From an uncultured Cryomorphaceae bacterium (GTDB lineage: Bacteria; Bacteroidota; Bacteroidia; Flavobacteriales; UBA7430), in the NCBI GenBank assembly GCA_964516765.1, contig CAZEWZ010000003.1:14692-78691 (forward strand): 64,000 nt of DNA, given 5' to 3'. Shown one piece after another: positions 29,874 through 40,371 of the stretch; the first letter of the stretch is position 1; each line of letters begins with the position of its first letter. The position numbers and the translations under genes are program-made. Below the pieces are notes generated by a model. It saw only the letters and a program-made list of their open reading frames with translations. It did no database searches and was not told where the DNA came from.

Positions 29874-31067
29874 TTAAGACAGCTGCTCAAGAGCCATTTT
29901 AATTCTACTCATTGCGTCTACTAATTTTTCATCGGCAGCTGCATATGAAATTCTAATGCAATTTGGAGATCCAAATGCATCTCCTGTCACGGTAGCTACA
30001 TTTGCCACATTCAATAAATACGTACAAAAATCGCCTGCATTATGAATTTTTGTATCATTGAAGGATTTACCAAAGTAATAGGAAATATCTGGGAAAATAT
30101 AAAATGCCCCCTGGGGCACACTTAATTTAATTCCTTTAATCTCTCTAAGTTTTAAAATCATTAAATCCCTTCTTCTTAGAAAAGCCGCCCTCATTTCGTA
30201 AGTACATATTGGGTCTTCTTTGACTGCAGCTTCGGTTGCTTTTTGTGCAATTGAACATGTGGCAGAAGTAGTTTGACCTTGCATTTTTGTGCACGCAGAT
30301 GCCAGCCACTTGGGTGCACCTAAATATCCTACTCTCCATCCAGTCATCGCAAATCCTTTAGAAACGCCATTAACAGTAACCACTCTGTCTTTAATAGAGT
30401 TGAATTGGCCAATACTCACATGTTCGTCAGAAAAATTGATGTGCTCATAGATTTCATCTGAAATTATAATAATTTCTGGATACTTTTCAAACACATCTAC
30501 AAGTAAGCTCAATTCTTCTCTATTATATACTGATCCTGTAGGATTGCAGGGAGTGCTAAAAAGAAAAGCTTTTGTTTTTTTACTAATGACATCTTCTACT
30601 TGAGCAGCATTTACTTTAAAGTCGCTCTCGACAGAAGCTTGAATTACTACAGGGATTCCTTCTGCCATTTTCACCATTTGGATATAACTGACCCAATATG
30701 GAGCGGGCACAATTACTTCATCTCCAGGATTCACTAAGGCAAGCATTAACTGTGCAAGGGATTGTTTCGCTCCGGTAGAAGCAACAATTTCATCAATTTT
30801 ATAATTTAGATTGTTATCGCGATAAAACTTTTTTGAAATGGCTTCTCGAAGACTAACCAAACCTTGAACGGGAGTATAATGAGAAAAGTTATTGTCGATG
30901 GCTTCTTTAGCTGCCGCTTTTATAAAGTCAGGAGTGCTGAAATCAGGTTCTCCGAGACTCAGTGAAATGACATCGACTCCAGCATCTATTAGTTCCCGAC
31001 TTTTTCTAGTCATTGCGATAGTTTGGGATTCTTCTAGACTTAGAATTCGATCTGATAAAATATTCAT
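29874..31067 (-). CDS. class I pyridoxal-phosphate-dependent aminotransferase (aspartate aminotransferase-like)
   Basis: 397 aa. PLP-lysine motif SKGFAMTGWRVGY and NPTG motif. Confidence 0.85.
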   Translation of the reverse strand: MNILSDRILSLEESQTIAMTRKSRELIDAGVDVISLSLGEPDFSTPDFIKAAAKEAIDNNFSHYTPVQGLVSLREAISKKFYRDNNLNYKIDEIVASTGAKQSLAQLMLALVNPGDEVIVPAPYWVSYIQMVKMAEGIPVVIQASVESDFKVNAAQVEDVISKKTKAFLFSTPCNPTGSVYNREELSLLVDVFEKYPEIIIISDEIYEHINFSDEHVSIGQFNSIKDRVVTVNGVSKGFAMTGWRVGYLGAPKWLASACTKMQGQTTSATCSIAQKATEAAVKEDPICTYEMRAAFLRRRDLMILKLREIKGIKLSVPQGAFYIFPDISYYFGKSFNDTKIHNAGDFCTYLLNVANVATVTGDAFGSPNCIRISYAAADEKLVDAMSRIKMALEQLS

Positions 31068-31105
31068 TTTAAGTAGGATTAATTTGTCTTTATGTAATTT
31101 AAAAA

Positions 31106-31113
31106 CAAATATA
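31106..31113 (-). promoter_or_regulatory. candidate -7 box (TATATTTG) for the aminotransferase gene
   Basis: Perfect TAnnTTTG on the minus strand, 38 nt upstream of the ATG at 31067. Confidence 0.4.
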
Positions 31114-31273
31114 GATAAAGAAATTTATTTCCTAATAGAGCCAGACTTTTTTACAATAAAACATACTTAACTTTAAAGAAATGTAATAGAGTGTTCAACT
31201 CTTTTACTCATAATTATGAATGGTATATTTATTAATTCTCAATTTCTTACTTTAGCAAAAAAAATCTTATTTA

Positions 31274-31795
31274 ATGGATGTTGTTTCGGAATATGTAAAT
31301 TTTATCTTGCCTGCAGTTTTAGTGATGATGGTAGCAGTGTATATGTTGAACAGATTGTTAAATCACGACCATACTAGAAGAGTTTTTGAATATAAAAAAT
31401 CTGTAGCCAATGAAGTTGTTGTCTTGAGAATGCAAGCATATGAGAGATTAGCATTGTTTTTAGAGCGAATGCAACCCAATAATTTACTCCTAAGGGTGCA
31501 ACAAAAAAATATGAAATCCATGAGCCTTCATGCGAGCCTAATGCAAACAATTCGAAGTGAATACGACCATAATATGTCTCAACAAGTATATGTCTCTGAT
31601 GAGGCTTGGAAGTTAATCAATCAAGCGAAAGATCAACTTCTAAATTTGATTAACGAACAAGTACCTATGGTTGATCCTAAATCAGATGCTATGGAGTTAT
31701 GCTCGCTAATAATTCAGGGTTCAAAAGAAAATCACAAATGGTTGATTGATGAAGCCTTAATTTTCTTAAAAAATGAATTGAGGGAGAACTATTAA
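31274..31795 (+). CDS. hypothetical membrane-anchored protein
   Basis: 173 aa. A single N-terminal TM helix (FILPAVLVMMVAVYML) followed by a helical soluble region. I recognise no family. Confidence 0.5.
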   Translation: MDVVSEYVNFILPAVLVMMVAVYMLNRLLNHDHTRRVFEYKKSVANEVVVLRMQAYERLALFLERMQPNNLLLRVQQKNMKSMSLHASLMQTIRSEYDHNMSQQVYVSDEAWKLINQAKDQLLNLINEQVPMVDPKSDAMELCSLIIQGSKENHKWLIDEALIFLKNELRENY

Positions 31796-31813
31796 AAAAT
31801 TGAATTAATGAAA

Positions 31814-32200
31814 CTAGATGTCTTCAAATTCAACATTCATAAAGTCAGAGGTTTTTGAGTCGTCTTTTTCAGATTTGGTAATAGATTTTTTATAGCTTTT
31901 GTTCTCTTCCGATTTATCCGCTTCGTAATCAGAAATAATATCGAGTCCTTTTTCTTCAATAATGTAATTAGTCACCTGCTCTAAAATTTCTTTAAATCCT
32001 AGAAAATCTTCTTTATAAAGATATATTTTATGTTTTTTGTAATGTGCTGATCCATTCTCATTGATGTGCTTCTTACTCTCTGTAATGGTTAAATAGTAGT
32101 CTTCTGCTCGAGTCGCTCTTACATCAAAAAAGTATGTTCTTCTTCCTGCTCTGAGTATTTTGGAAAATATTTCTTGTGATATACTTTCTTGTTCCGCCAT
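31814..32200 (-). CDS. PUR-alpha-like DNA/RNA-binding protein (DUF3276)
   Basis: 128 aa. IFSKILRAGRRTYFFDVRATRAEDYYLTITESKK is the characteristic DUF3276/PUR repeat. It has an acidic C-terminal tail. Confidence 0.65.
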   Translation of the reverse strand: MAEQESISQEIFSKILRAGRRTYFFDVRATRAEDYYLTITESKKHINENGSAHYKKHKIYLYKEDFLGFKEILEQVTNYIIEEKGLDIISDYEADKSEENKSYKKSITKSEKDDSKTSDFMNVEFEDI

Positions 32201-32289
32201 AATTCTAAATGTTAATTTTTATTAATCAAATTTGTAGAAAAATATTATTAAATAAAAGAAAATTCACAAAAAAATATTGTCTATAAATT

Positions 32290-34044
32290 CTACTCAACCA
32301 GTTGTTTTTGGTAAGTGCGAAAATATTCTCCTTTCCATTGCATCAAATTATCGTGAGAACCTTGTTCTAAAATTTCGCCATCGTGAAGTACTAAAATTAA
32401 ATCTGCATGTCTTATTGAAGATGCTCTATGTGAAATTATTAGACAAGATTTTTCTTTAAAATTCTCCTTAATATTTTGGAGAATAAGCTCTTCAGTCTTT
32501 GTGTCTACCGCAGACAAACAGTCATCAAATAACATGAACTCTGGTTTTCGAATCAATGCTCTAGCGATCGATAGGCGTTGTTTTTGTCCTCCTGACAGGG
32601 TAACGCCTCTCTCTCCAATAATTGTTTGGAAGCCTTTTTTTAGATTTTGAATATTGTTGAAAATATCTGCTTCTTTTGCCGCAGAAATAACTTCTTGCTC
32701 TTTGCTTTGTTTCTTTCCAAATGCAATGTTGTTGTAAATACTGTCAGAAAACAAAAAAGCTTCCTGAGGGACATATCCAATTGCATTTCTTAGACAGTTT
32801 AAATTAACATTCTTGATGTTTTTTCCTCCAATATAAATTCCCCCCATATCTGGATCATTGATTCGACAAATAAGTTCGGCTAAGGTGCTTTTTCCAGAAC
32901 CAACCTTACCAAGTAGACCAATTGTTTCTCCTTTTTTGAGGGTAAAGGAAATCTTATTTAAAGCTTTTATTTTAGTTTCAGGGTAGGTAAAGGAAACATT
33001 TTTAAATTCAATATTTCCCTGAATCTCTGTGTTTTTTAATGTGGGGTTTTTGATTTCAGGATCTTCATTCAGAAATTCATTGATTCTTTTTTGAGAAGCT
33101 GCAGCTCTTTGAACGATTGAAGTTACCCAGCCAAGTGATGCTACCGGCCATGTAAGCATATTTACATATATAACAAAGGTAGCAATACTACCTACTTGAA
33201 TGTTTCCGGCAATAGCCTCTAGGCCTCCTATATAAATTGTAAATAAGGTACTTAATCCAATTAATAAAATCATGAGAGGGAAAAATAGGGCATTTACTTT
33301 TACTAAGTTCAAGCTTTTTTCCTTGTAATCTTCTGCGGCATTCATGAATTTTACTTGTGAAAAATCTTCTTGGATATATGATTTAATGACGCGAATACCC
33401 GAAAATGTTTCCTGACTTATACTCGATAACTTGGATAGTTGCTTTTGCACAACCTCGCTTCGTTTATTCATGATACTGCTAACTTTGTAAATGGCAATCA
33501 CAAGAAGAGGAAGAGGACTCAATGCATATAAAGTTAATTTGGGACTGATGCTCGTCATTTTTGGAATAATCAATGCGATACTAATAATCAAATTTAAACT
33601 ATACAGAATGGCAGGACCTATATACATTCGAACACGACTAACATCCTCTGTAATTCGATTCATTAAGTCTCCAGTTTTGTTTTTTTTGTAAAAAGAAATA
33701 CTCAATTTTTGATACTGGTTATAGATTTCATTTTTTAAATCAAATTCTATTCTTCTTGAGACAACAATAATAGTTTGCCGCATAAAAAACATAAATAAAC
33801 CTTTTGCAACAGCAAAGGCTAGTACAAGTAGAGCATAATAACTTAATTGATATTTAATAAGTTTTTCCTTGTTATCATCCAAAGGAGTTTCGACTATTGT
33901 ATCCCCTACAATATTAAAAACTTCTCCAATGTATATAGGGGGAAACAGTCCGAAAATATTTGAAGCAAAAATGAATATGACCCCAAGAATTAATTTGAAT
34001 CTATACTTCCAGAAATATTTATTTAAGTGTCGAAGGGATGTCAT
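32290..34044 (-). CDS. ABC exporter, fused permease/ATPase (MsbA-like)
   Basis: 584 aa. Six-TM N-terminal domain, Walker A GKVGSGKST, signature LSGGQKQRLSIARAL and Walker B MLFDD. Confidence 0.85.
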   Translation of the reverse strand: MTSLRHLNKYFWKYRFKLILGVIFIFASNIFGLFPPIYIGEVFNIVGDTIVETPLDDNKEKLIKYQLSYYALLVLAFAVAKGLFMFFMRQTIIVVSRRIEFDLKNEIYNQYQKLSISFYKKNKTGDLMNRITEDVSRVRMYIGPAILYSLNLIISIALIIPKMTSISPKLTLYALSPLPLLVIAIYKVSSIMNKRSEVVQKQLSKLSSISQETFSGIRVIKSYIQEDFSQVKFMNAAEDYKEKSLNLVKVNALFFPLMILLIGLSTLFTIYIGGLEAIAGNIQVGSIATFVIYVNMLTWPVASLGWVTSIVQRAAASQKRINEFLNEDPEIKNPTLKNTEIQGNIEFKNVSFTYPETKIKALNKISFTLKKGETIGLLGKVGSGKSTLAELICRINDPDMGGIYIGGKNIKNVNLNCLRNAIGYVPQEAFLFSDSIYNNIAFGKKQSKEQEVISAAKEADIFNNIQNLKKGFQTIIGERGVTLSGGQKQRLSIARALIRKPEFMLFDDCLSAVDTKTEELILQNIKENFKEKSCLIISHRASSIRHADLILVLHDGEILEQGSHDNLMQWKGEYFRTYQKQLVE

Positions 34045-34081
34045 AAGAAGAATCTAGTTTTTTAGTTCCCTAAAAAAAGCG

Positions 34082-34089
34082 TATTTTTG
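34082..34089 (+). promoter_or_regulatory. candidate -7 box (TATTTTTG) upstream of leucine dehydrogenase
   Basis: Perfect TAnnTTTG, but 93 nt upstream of the ATG at 34183, so a long leader would be implied. Confidence 0.25.
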
Positions 34090-34182
34090 CAGCCCATTTA
34101 GAGTAAATTTAAAATACTTTAAAATTAGTCAATTTAAGGTCTTTCTTTACATTTTTTTTGATGTTTGATACAATAAAGAGAT

Positions 34183-35286
34183 ATGATTAAAATAACTGAT
34201 ATTGATAATGTTAGCTCTTCTATGAATCCGATAATCCAAGAAATGGAAGAAATGGGTCATGAACAAGTTGTTTTTTGCCATGATCAAAAGACAGGCTTGA
34301 AAGCGATTATAGCCATTCATAGTACTTCATTGGGTCCAGCTTTGGGTGGTACAAGAATGTGGAATTACAATAGTGAATTAGAAGCATTAAATGATGTTTT
34401 ACGACTATCAAGAGGTATGACTTTGAAAGCATCTATTTCTGGTCTGAATCTTGGTGGAGGAAAGGCAGTCATAATTGGTGATTCCAAAACTCTTAAAAGT
34501 GATGATTTAATGCGTCGTTTTGGGAAATTTGTTAATACTTTAAATGGAAATTACATTACTGCTGAAGATGTTGGAATGACTCCGGACGACATGGAGATGG
34601 TAAGGCAAGAGACAAAATACGTGACAGGGATTTCTCAATCTATGGGGGGGTCTGGAGATCCATCTCCTGTGACAGCTTATGGAGTTTATATGGGGATTAA
34701 AGCCTCAGCAATGTATAAATGGGGTTCTGATAGCCTTGAAGGAAAAAAAATTGGAGTTGAAGGTGTCGGAAATGTAGGAACTCATCTAGTAAAACACCTT
34801 TCAGAAGAGGGAGCCAAAGTATATATTAATGACATCAGCCAAAGTCGTCTAGATAAGGTTTCTAATACTTACGGATCTAAAATTATTGATAGCGATAAAT
34901 TTTATGACTTAGAAATTGATATTTATGCTCCTTGTGCTCTAGGAGCATCTATTAATGATGCCTCATTAGACAGATTAAAATGTTCTATTGTAGCAGGAGC
35001 TGCAAATAACCAGTTGGCTGAGGAGGTTCGACATGGACAAATGTTGATGGATAAGGGCATTATTTATGCTCCTGACTTCCTAATAAATGCAGGTGGTTTA
35101 ATTAATGTTTACTCCGAGCTTAATGGATACAATCAAGAAGAAGCTCTTTCCAAGACAAAGAAAATATACGACACAACGCTTGAAATCCTGAGAAAATCTG
35201 AGATTGAAGAAATTACAAGTCACAATGCCGCATTGCAGATAGCAGAATCCCGTGTTTTGCTTGCACAACAGTTAGTTTCGAATTAA
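34183..35286 (+). CDS. leucine (Leu/Phe/Val) dehydrogenase
   Basis: 367 aa Glu/Leu/Phe/Val dehydrogenase family. Catalytic-lysine motif NLGGGKAVI and Rossmann motif GVEGVGNVG. Confidence 0.8.
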   Translation: MIKITDIDNVSSSMNPIIQEMEEMGHEQVVFCHDQKTGLKAIIAIHSTSLGPALGGTRMWNYNSELEALNDVLRLSRGMTLKASISGLNLGGGKAVIIGDSKTLKSDDLMRRFGKFVNTLNGNYITAEDVGMTPDDMEMVRQETKYVTGISQSMGGSGDPSPVTAYGVYMGIKASAMYKWGSDSLEGKKIGVEGVGNVGTHLVKHLSEEGAKVYINDISQSRLDKVSNTYGSKIIDSDKFYDLEIDIYAPCALGASINDASLDRLKCSIVAGAANNQLAEEVRHGQMLMDKGIIYAPDFLINAGGLINVYSELNGYNQEEALSKTKKIYDTTLEILRKSEIEEITSHNAALQIAESRVLLAQQLVSN

Positions 35287-35344
35287 CCATTTTATAACCT
35301 AGGAAGTTAAAGCTTATTTTACTTGTTCCTGCAACTTATAATTT

Positions 35345-36289
35345 ATGCTCAACAGAAGACATATCCGTATTAAAGTGTTACAAATATTGTATGCATTTTT
35401 TCATTCTGAGGGAAAGGATATTTTGAAGTCAGAAAGAGAACTTCAAAAGAGTATCGAACATTCTTATTCTCTTTATCTTCATTTATTGCTTATTTTAGTG
35501 GATCTTAAGTCTGCTGCTGAACAAAAAATTCAGAAAGGAAAAACAAAACTACTTCCTACAAACGAAGATATCAATCCCCGATCTAAATTTTCGAAAAATA
35601 AAGTTTTGCTCCTTTTATCTAGCAACCTTTCTTTGATTGATAAATCTAAAATGCATCACATATATTGGAGTGAAATGCCTGATATTAAAAATAAACTATT
35701 TCGTGAAATTCAAGACTCAGAATTGTATCAACAATATATGTCTACAGGGAACAGTACATTCCTGGAAGATCGAAAGTTCATTTGTGACCTATTTATTCAA
35801 TTTATTGCTCCAAACGAGTATTTACATGCTTTTTTAGAAGAGAAGAGTATTTATTGGTTGGATGATTTCTCCATTGCTAATCTCTCGGTTTTAAAAACGT
35901 TAAAATCTTTTTCAGAAAAAAGCGATTCATTTGCCAGAATTCTTCCTTTATTTAAAGATGAGGAAGATCAGAAATACACTCTTGATCTTTTGAATATAAC
36001 ACTTGCTAATAGCTCAAATTATATGTCAATGATTGTTGATACAGCCAATAATTGGGATGAAGATAGAATTTCAGATATGGATAAGCTATTACTTCAGATG
36101 GCAATTTGTGAGTTGTTGAATTTTTATACAATTCCTGTTAAGGTGACCATCAATGAATATATAGAATTATCCAAGGATTATTCCAGTGAAAAGAGTCGAG
36201 TATTTGTCAATGGAGTCATTGATAAATTAGCCATTCGATTTAAAAAAGATGGAATACTCAAAAAGTTAGGCAGAGGATTGGTAGAATAA
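35345..36289 (+). CDS. nusB: transcription antitermination factor NusB (long Bacteroidota form)
   Basis: 314 aa. N-terminal RRHIRIKVLQILYAF and a C-terminal NusB-like core (VTINEYIELSKDYSSEKSRVFVNGVIDKL). Confidence 0.75.
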   Translation: MLNRRHIRIKVLQILYAFFHSEGKDILKSERELQKSIEHSYSLYLHLLLILVDLKSAAEQKIQKGKTKLLPTNEDINPRSKFSKNKVLLLLSSNLSLIDKSKMHHIYWSEMPDIKNKLFREIQDSELYQQYMSTGNSTFLEDRKFICDLFIQFIAPNEYLHAFLEEKSIYWLDDFSIANLSVLKTLKSFSEKSDSFARILPLFKDEEDQKYTLDLLNITLANSSNYMSMIVDTANNWDEDRISDMDKLLLQMAICELLNFYTIPVKVTINEYIELSKDYSSEKSRVFVNGVIDKLAIRFKKDGILKKLGRGLVE

Positions 36290-36334
36290 TTATATCAATT
36301 TTTTTTATCTTTAATGTAAATTTAAAAATAAAGC

Positions 36335-36790
36335 ATGAAAAAAGTTTTATTAATACTAGTTATTATCATGTGGGTTTTCTCCTGCAAACAGAATGCATCT
36401 TCAAAGATTGACTCATCTAAAAAGATTAATCCCACCAAATTAACTTTAGATCAGATTGACACTCCTTCTGATGCACAAATGAATTTTGAAAATAAGACAT
36501 GGGATTTTGGTGTTATTGAAGCCGATGAGATAGTTTCTTATTCTTTTGAATTTGTCAATTCTGGTTCCGATCCCTTAATTATTTCTAGTGCAAAAGGATC
36601 ATGTGGTTGTACTGTTCCCGAGTGGCCTAAAGCTCCTATTGCTCCTGGAGAAAATGGGTTCATTGATGTAACTTTCAATAGCAAAGGGAAAAATGGAAAA
36701 CAAAATAAACGAGTGACTTTAATTACCAATATGGTTCCAAGTCAACAGTTATTAATAGTGAAAGGAGAAGTAAAAACTAAACAAGAATAA
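36335..36790 (+). CDS. DUF1573 domain-containing lipoprotein
   Basis: Signal peptide with a cysteine (VFSC). The GSCGCTVPEWPKAPIAPGE motif is typical of DUF1573. Confidence 0.75.
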   Translation: MKKVLLILVIIMWVFSCKQNASSKIDSSKKINPTKLTLDQIDTPSDAQMNFENKTWDFGVIEADEIVSYSFEFVNSGSDPLIISSAKGSCGCTVPEWPKAPIAPGENGFIDVTFNSKGKNGKQNKRVTLITNMVPSQQLLIVKGEVKTKQE

Positions 36791-36793
36791 AAA

Positions 36794-37081
36794 ATGTTAC
36801 TAGTACTATTGCAATTGCCAGCTTCAGGATTCAATATGGATTTTCTGATTTTAATTTCTGTAAGCATGATTATCATGTATTTTTTTATGATTCGTCCTCA
36901 AGTGAAAAAACAAAAAAATGAGTCAAAATTTCGTTCTGAAATCGCCAAAGGCGATAAAGTTTTAACACTGGGTGGAATTCATGCGAAAGTTTTGGAAGTA
37001 CAAGAAGAAACTCTATTAATTCAGGCTGAAGGTGGTTCGTCGAAATTCAAAATTAACAAAACATCCATAGCGAAGTTATAA
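36794..37081 (+). CDS. yajC: preprotein translocase subunit YajC
   Basis: 95 aa. A TM helix followed by MIRPQVKKQK and GGIHAKV motifs. The true start could instead be the internal ATG giving MDFLILIS. Confidence 0.8.
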   Translation: MLLVLLQLPASGFNMDFLILISVSMIIMYFFMIRPQVKKQKNESKFRSEIAKGDKVLTLGGIHAKVLEVQEETLLIQAEGGSSKFKINKTSIAKL

Positions 37082-37094
37082 CATAAGTCAAGAA

Positions 37095-38438
37095 TTATAT
37101 TCCTGTGTAATTTTGAGGGCTAATGCTTTTTAATTCCCTTTTTAACTCGTCGTTGACTTCTAATGTTTCAATAAATTTAGCGATACTTTCTTTGGAAACC
37201 ATTGAATTTGTTCGAGTTAGTCCTTTAAGTGTCTCATATGGTGAAGGATAGCCTTCGCGTCTAAGAACAGTTTGAATAGCTTCTGCTACTACAGCCCAGT
37301 TTTTTTCCAGGTCTGCTAAAATGTTGTCCTTTCTTATAATTAATTTATTTAATCCTTTTAATAAAGATTTAAATGCAATGCTAGTATGGGCAAAGGGAAC
37401 ACCTACATTTCTTAGGGCTGTCGAATCTGTGAGATCTCTTTGTAATCTAGATACTGGAAGTTTTGCAGAAAGATGTGTCAACAAAGCATTGGCAATACCA
37501 ATATTTCCTTCTGAATTTTCGAAGTCAATTGGATTCACCTTGTGAGGCATTGCAGATGAACCTACTTCTCCAACATTAATTTTTTGTTTAAAATAGTCCA
37601 TAGATATATAGGTCCACATATCTCGGTCTAGATCTAAAAGAATATTATTTATGCGCTTCATTGCATCAAAAAGCGAAGCTAAATTATCATAATGTTCAAT
37701 TTGTGTGGTTGGGTCAGATCTGTCTAGTCCTAAAATTTCGTTAACAAAGTGATTCCCAAATTTTTTCCAGTTAACATTTGGATAGGCCACTACATGAGCG
37801 TTGAAATTTCCTGTAGCACCACCAAATTTTGCTGAGAAAGGAATCGAGATAAGTTGTTCTCGTTGTTTTTTTATGCGAACAATAAAGACTTCTATTTCTT
37901 TCCCCATTCTAGTGGGTGAGGCAGGTTGCCCATGGGTACGAGCTAACAAGGGTATTTCTTTCCATTCTGAGGCCAATTCTTCAAGTTTTGAAATGACTTG
38001 ATCAAGCTCCGGGAGATACTGCTCTGCAATAGCTTCTTTTAGTGATAGAGGGACTGCTGTATTATTGATATCCTGGGAAGTAAGCCCGAAATGAATAAAT
38101 TCTTTATGTTTTTCAAGTCCAAAAAGGTTAAATTTATTTTTGATAAAATACTCTACTGCTTTTACATCGTGGTTAGTTATCTTCTCAATGTCTTTTATTG
38201 CTTGAGCATCCTGCTCAGAGAAATTTTTATAAATTTTTCTTAAGGAAGAAAATGTTTGGGCATCAATATTTTTTAATTGAGGAAGTGAAGCCTCACATAA
38301 AGAAATGAAATATTCAATTTCGACAAGAATACGGTATTTTATGAGTGCATATTCAGAAAAATAATCAGCTAGATCTTTTGTAGATCTTCTGTATCTTCCA
38401 TCAACAGGAGATATAGCAGTAAGTGAGTTCAACTTCAT
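37095..38438 (-). CDS. purB: adenylosuccinate lyase
   Basis: 447 aa. Fumarate-lyase signature SSAMPHKVNP. Confidence 0.95.
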   Translation of the reverse strand: MKLNSLTAISPVDGRYRRSTKDLADYFSEYALIKYRILVEIEYFISLCEASLPQLKNIDAQTFSSLRKIYKNFSEQDAQAIKDIEKITNHDVKAVEYFIKNKFNLFGLEKHKEFIHFGLTSQDINNTAVPLSLKEAIAEQYLPELDQVISKLEELASEWKEIPLLARTHGQPASPTRMGKEIEVFIVRIKKQREQLISIPFSAKFGGATGNFNAHVVAYPNVNWKKFGNHFVNEILGLDRSDPTTQIEHYDNLASLFDAMKRINNILLDLDRDMWTYISMDYFKQKINVGEVGSSAMPHKVNPIDFENSEGNIGIANALLTHLSAKLPVSRLQRDLTDSTALRNVGVPFAHTSIAFKSLLKGLNKLIIRKDNILADLEKNWAVVAEAIQTVLRREGYPSPYETLKGLTRTNSMVSKESIAKFIETLEVNDELKRELKSISPQNYTGI

Positions 38439-38552
38439 AATTTTGACTTGAGAATTAATTGCTAATGTAATAAAACCCTAGCTTTGCATTGAAAATAATC
38501 TTAATTTAGTTTAACATGACTATTAAAATGTATAATTGTTTTTGTTATAGAG

Positions 38553-39026
38553 ATGAAAGAGCCAGTCCTATTAAAATTTTGTCAAACCCCTTATGATTTT
38601 GAAATTGCTAAATCTATAGCTAGAGATTACCTTAAATGGTTAAATCTAGATTTGAGTTTTCAGGATACGAAAAATGAATTTAGGGATTTTAATGATATGT
38701 ATGGAAGCCCGCACGGAATATTTATTATTGCTGAAGTGTCAGGTAAAATTGCAGGAGGAGTAGGGGCAAGAAGATTAAATGTAGAGATATGCGAAATGAA
38801 ACGTCTATTTGTCTATGAATCCTTTCGTGGCCTTGGAATTGCGAAAAAACTTTGTGAAGAGCTATTCGTTTTGACTCACTCCTTGTCATTTAAGAAAATT
38901 AGATTAGATACAATTCCTAGACTAAATTCTGCCAATGCATTGTATGAGAAATTAGATTTTATTGATATTCCACCTTATTATGATAATCCTTTGTCTGGGG
39001 TTCGTTATATGGAGAGAGATATTTAA
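38553..39026 (+). CDS. GNAT-family N-acetyltransferase
   Basis: 157 aa. Acetyl-CoA binding motif FRGLGIAKKL. Confidence 0.7.
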   Translation: MKEPVLLKFCQTPYDFEIAKSIARDYLKWLNLDLSFQDTKNEFRDFNDMYGSPHGIFIIAEVSGKIAGGVGARRLNVEICEMKRLFVYESFRGLGIAKKLCEELFVLTHSLSFKKIRLDTIPRLNSANALYEKLDFIDIPPYYDNPLSGVRYMERDI

Positions 39027-39075
39027 TAACTTTTTTTACTTGCATTACAATATTTAAATCTATCCATTAAGCATT

Positions 39076-39567
39076 ATGAGTATACTTATTTTAATTATTG
39101 CTTTTATTTTGCTCGTTGTAGGGTTTATTGGAAGTATCATTCCAGGACTTCCTGGTCCTGCCTGTTCTTATCTGGGTATTTTGATTATTCATTTTTTTAC
39201 TCAGTATCAATTTTCAACTCTCCTTCTTTTGATCATTGGCATCATCGTATTTCTCATTTTTGTTTTAGATTATTCCTTACAAGCCATAGGTGTAAAAAAG
39301 TATGGAGGCGGAAAAAAGGCAACTATAGGTACATTTGTGGGGCTATTTATAGGTTTTATTTTTCCTCCTTTTGGAATATTATTAGGCCCATTTATAGGCG
39401 CATTTCTAGGAGCCTATATGGAAGAGAGAAAAGACAAGACTAGAGCACTTAGAATTGCATTGGGCTCTTTTTTTGGTTTTATTTCTGGAACAATTCTAAA
39501 GCTTAGTTTAAGTACCGGATTATTATTTTTTTCTGCTTATCATATTATCAGAGTATTTTTTAAATGA
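39076..39567 (+). CDS. DUF456 domain-containing membrane protein
   Basis: 163 aa with four hydrophobic segments. The N-terminal GSIIPGLPG motif is typical of DUF456. The stop overlaps the next ATG (ATGA). Confidence 0.65.
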   Translation: MSILILIIAFILLVVGFIGSIIPGLPGPACSYLGILIIHFFTQYQFSTLLLLIIGIIVFLIFVLDYSLQAIGVKKYGGGKKATIGTFVGLFIGFIFPPFGILLGPFIGAFLGAYMEERKDKTRALRIALGSFFGFISGTILKLSLSTGLLFFSAYHIIRVFFK

Positions 39568-40334
39568 AAGATAAATTAAATATTGTTGCTATATCCTATC
39601 TGAATACTATCCCTTTTTTATATGGGATTAGAAAAGATAAAGATTTGATGAGTCAATTAAATTTGCGTCTTGAATATCCTTCCCTTTGTGCTGACCTTCT
39701 GAAATCAGGTCAAGCAGATGTCGGACTGATTCCTGTGGCAGAAATAGTACATTTAGATAATCCTATGATTATTGGAGATTTTTGTATCGGCGCGCAAGGT
39801 AAAGTTAATACAGTTATGTTATATAGCTGTTGTTCCCTGAATGAGATTAAAATTGTGGCCTTGGATTATCAATCTCGAACCTCAGTCATGTTAACCAAAA
39901 TATTGTTTGACAAATTTTGGGATAGAAAAGTTGGTTTTGAAAGCACCTCTGAAGGCTATATAGATCAAATTTCAGGCTCTGTAGCAGGGGTAGTAATTGG
40001 CGACAGGGCTTTTGATTATAAAGATAGATTTCCTTATTCCTATGATTTATCCGAAGAGTGGTACAAGTTTACCGGTCTTCCTTTTGTTTTCGCATGCTGG
40101 GTGAGCCGGATTCCTTTAGATCCAAAATTTGAATTGCAATTTTGTAAGGCTATGTCGCTTGGTTTTTCTGAAATGGAAAAAGTCATTGAAGACCATAGTA
40201 ATGCGAATATCTCTGGACCTCATTTGAGTAGTTATCTTAATGAAGATATATCTTATAATTTTGATGTGAATAAAAGAAGGGGAATGGCATTATTTTTAAG
40301 TCATTGTCAATATCATAATAAATCAGTCATTTAG
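39564..40334 (+). CDS. mqnA: chorismate dehydratase MqnA (futalosine pathway of menaquinone synthesis)
   Basis: 256 aa periplasmic-binding-protein-like fold. The N-terminal LNIVAISYLNTIPFLYG matches my memory of the MqnA family. Confidence 0.65.
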   Translation: MKDKLNIVAISYLNTIPFLYGIRKDKDLMSQLNLRLEYPSLCADLLKSGQADVGLIPVAEIVHLDNPMIIGDFCIGAQGKVNTVMLYSCCSLNEIKIVALDYQSRTSVMLTKILFDKFWDRKVGFESTSEGYIDQISGSVAGVVIGDRAFDYKDRFPYSYDLSEEWYKFTGLPFVFACWVSRIPLDPKFELQFCKAMSLGFSEMEKVIEDHSNANISGPHLSSYLNEDISYNFDVNKRRGMALFLSHCQYHNKSVI

Positions 40335-40371
40335 ATATCTTTTAACCATTCATTAGTTTGTAGTAGGTTTT

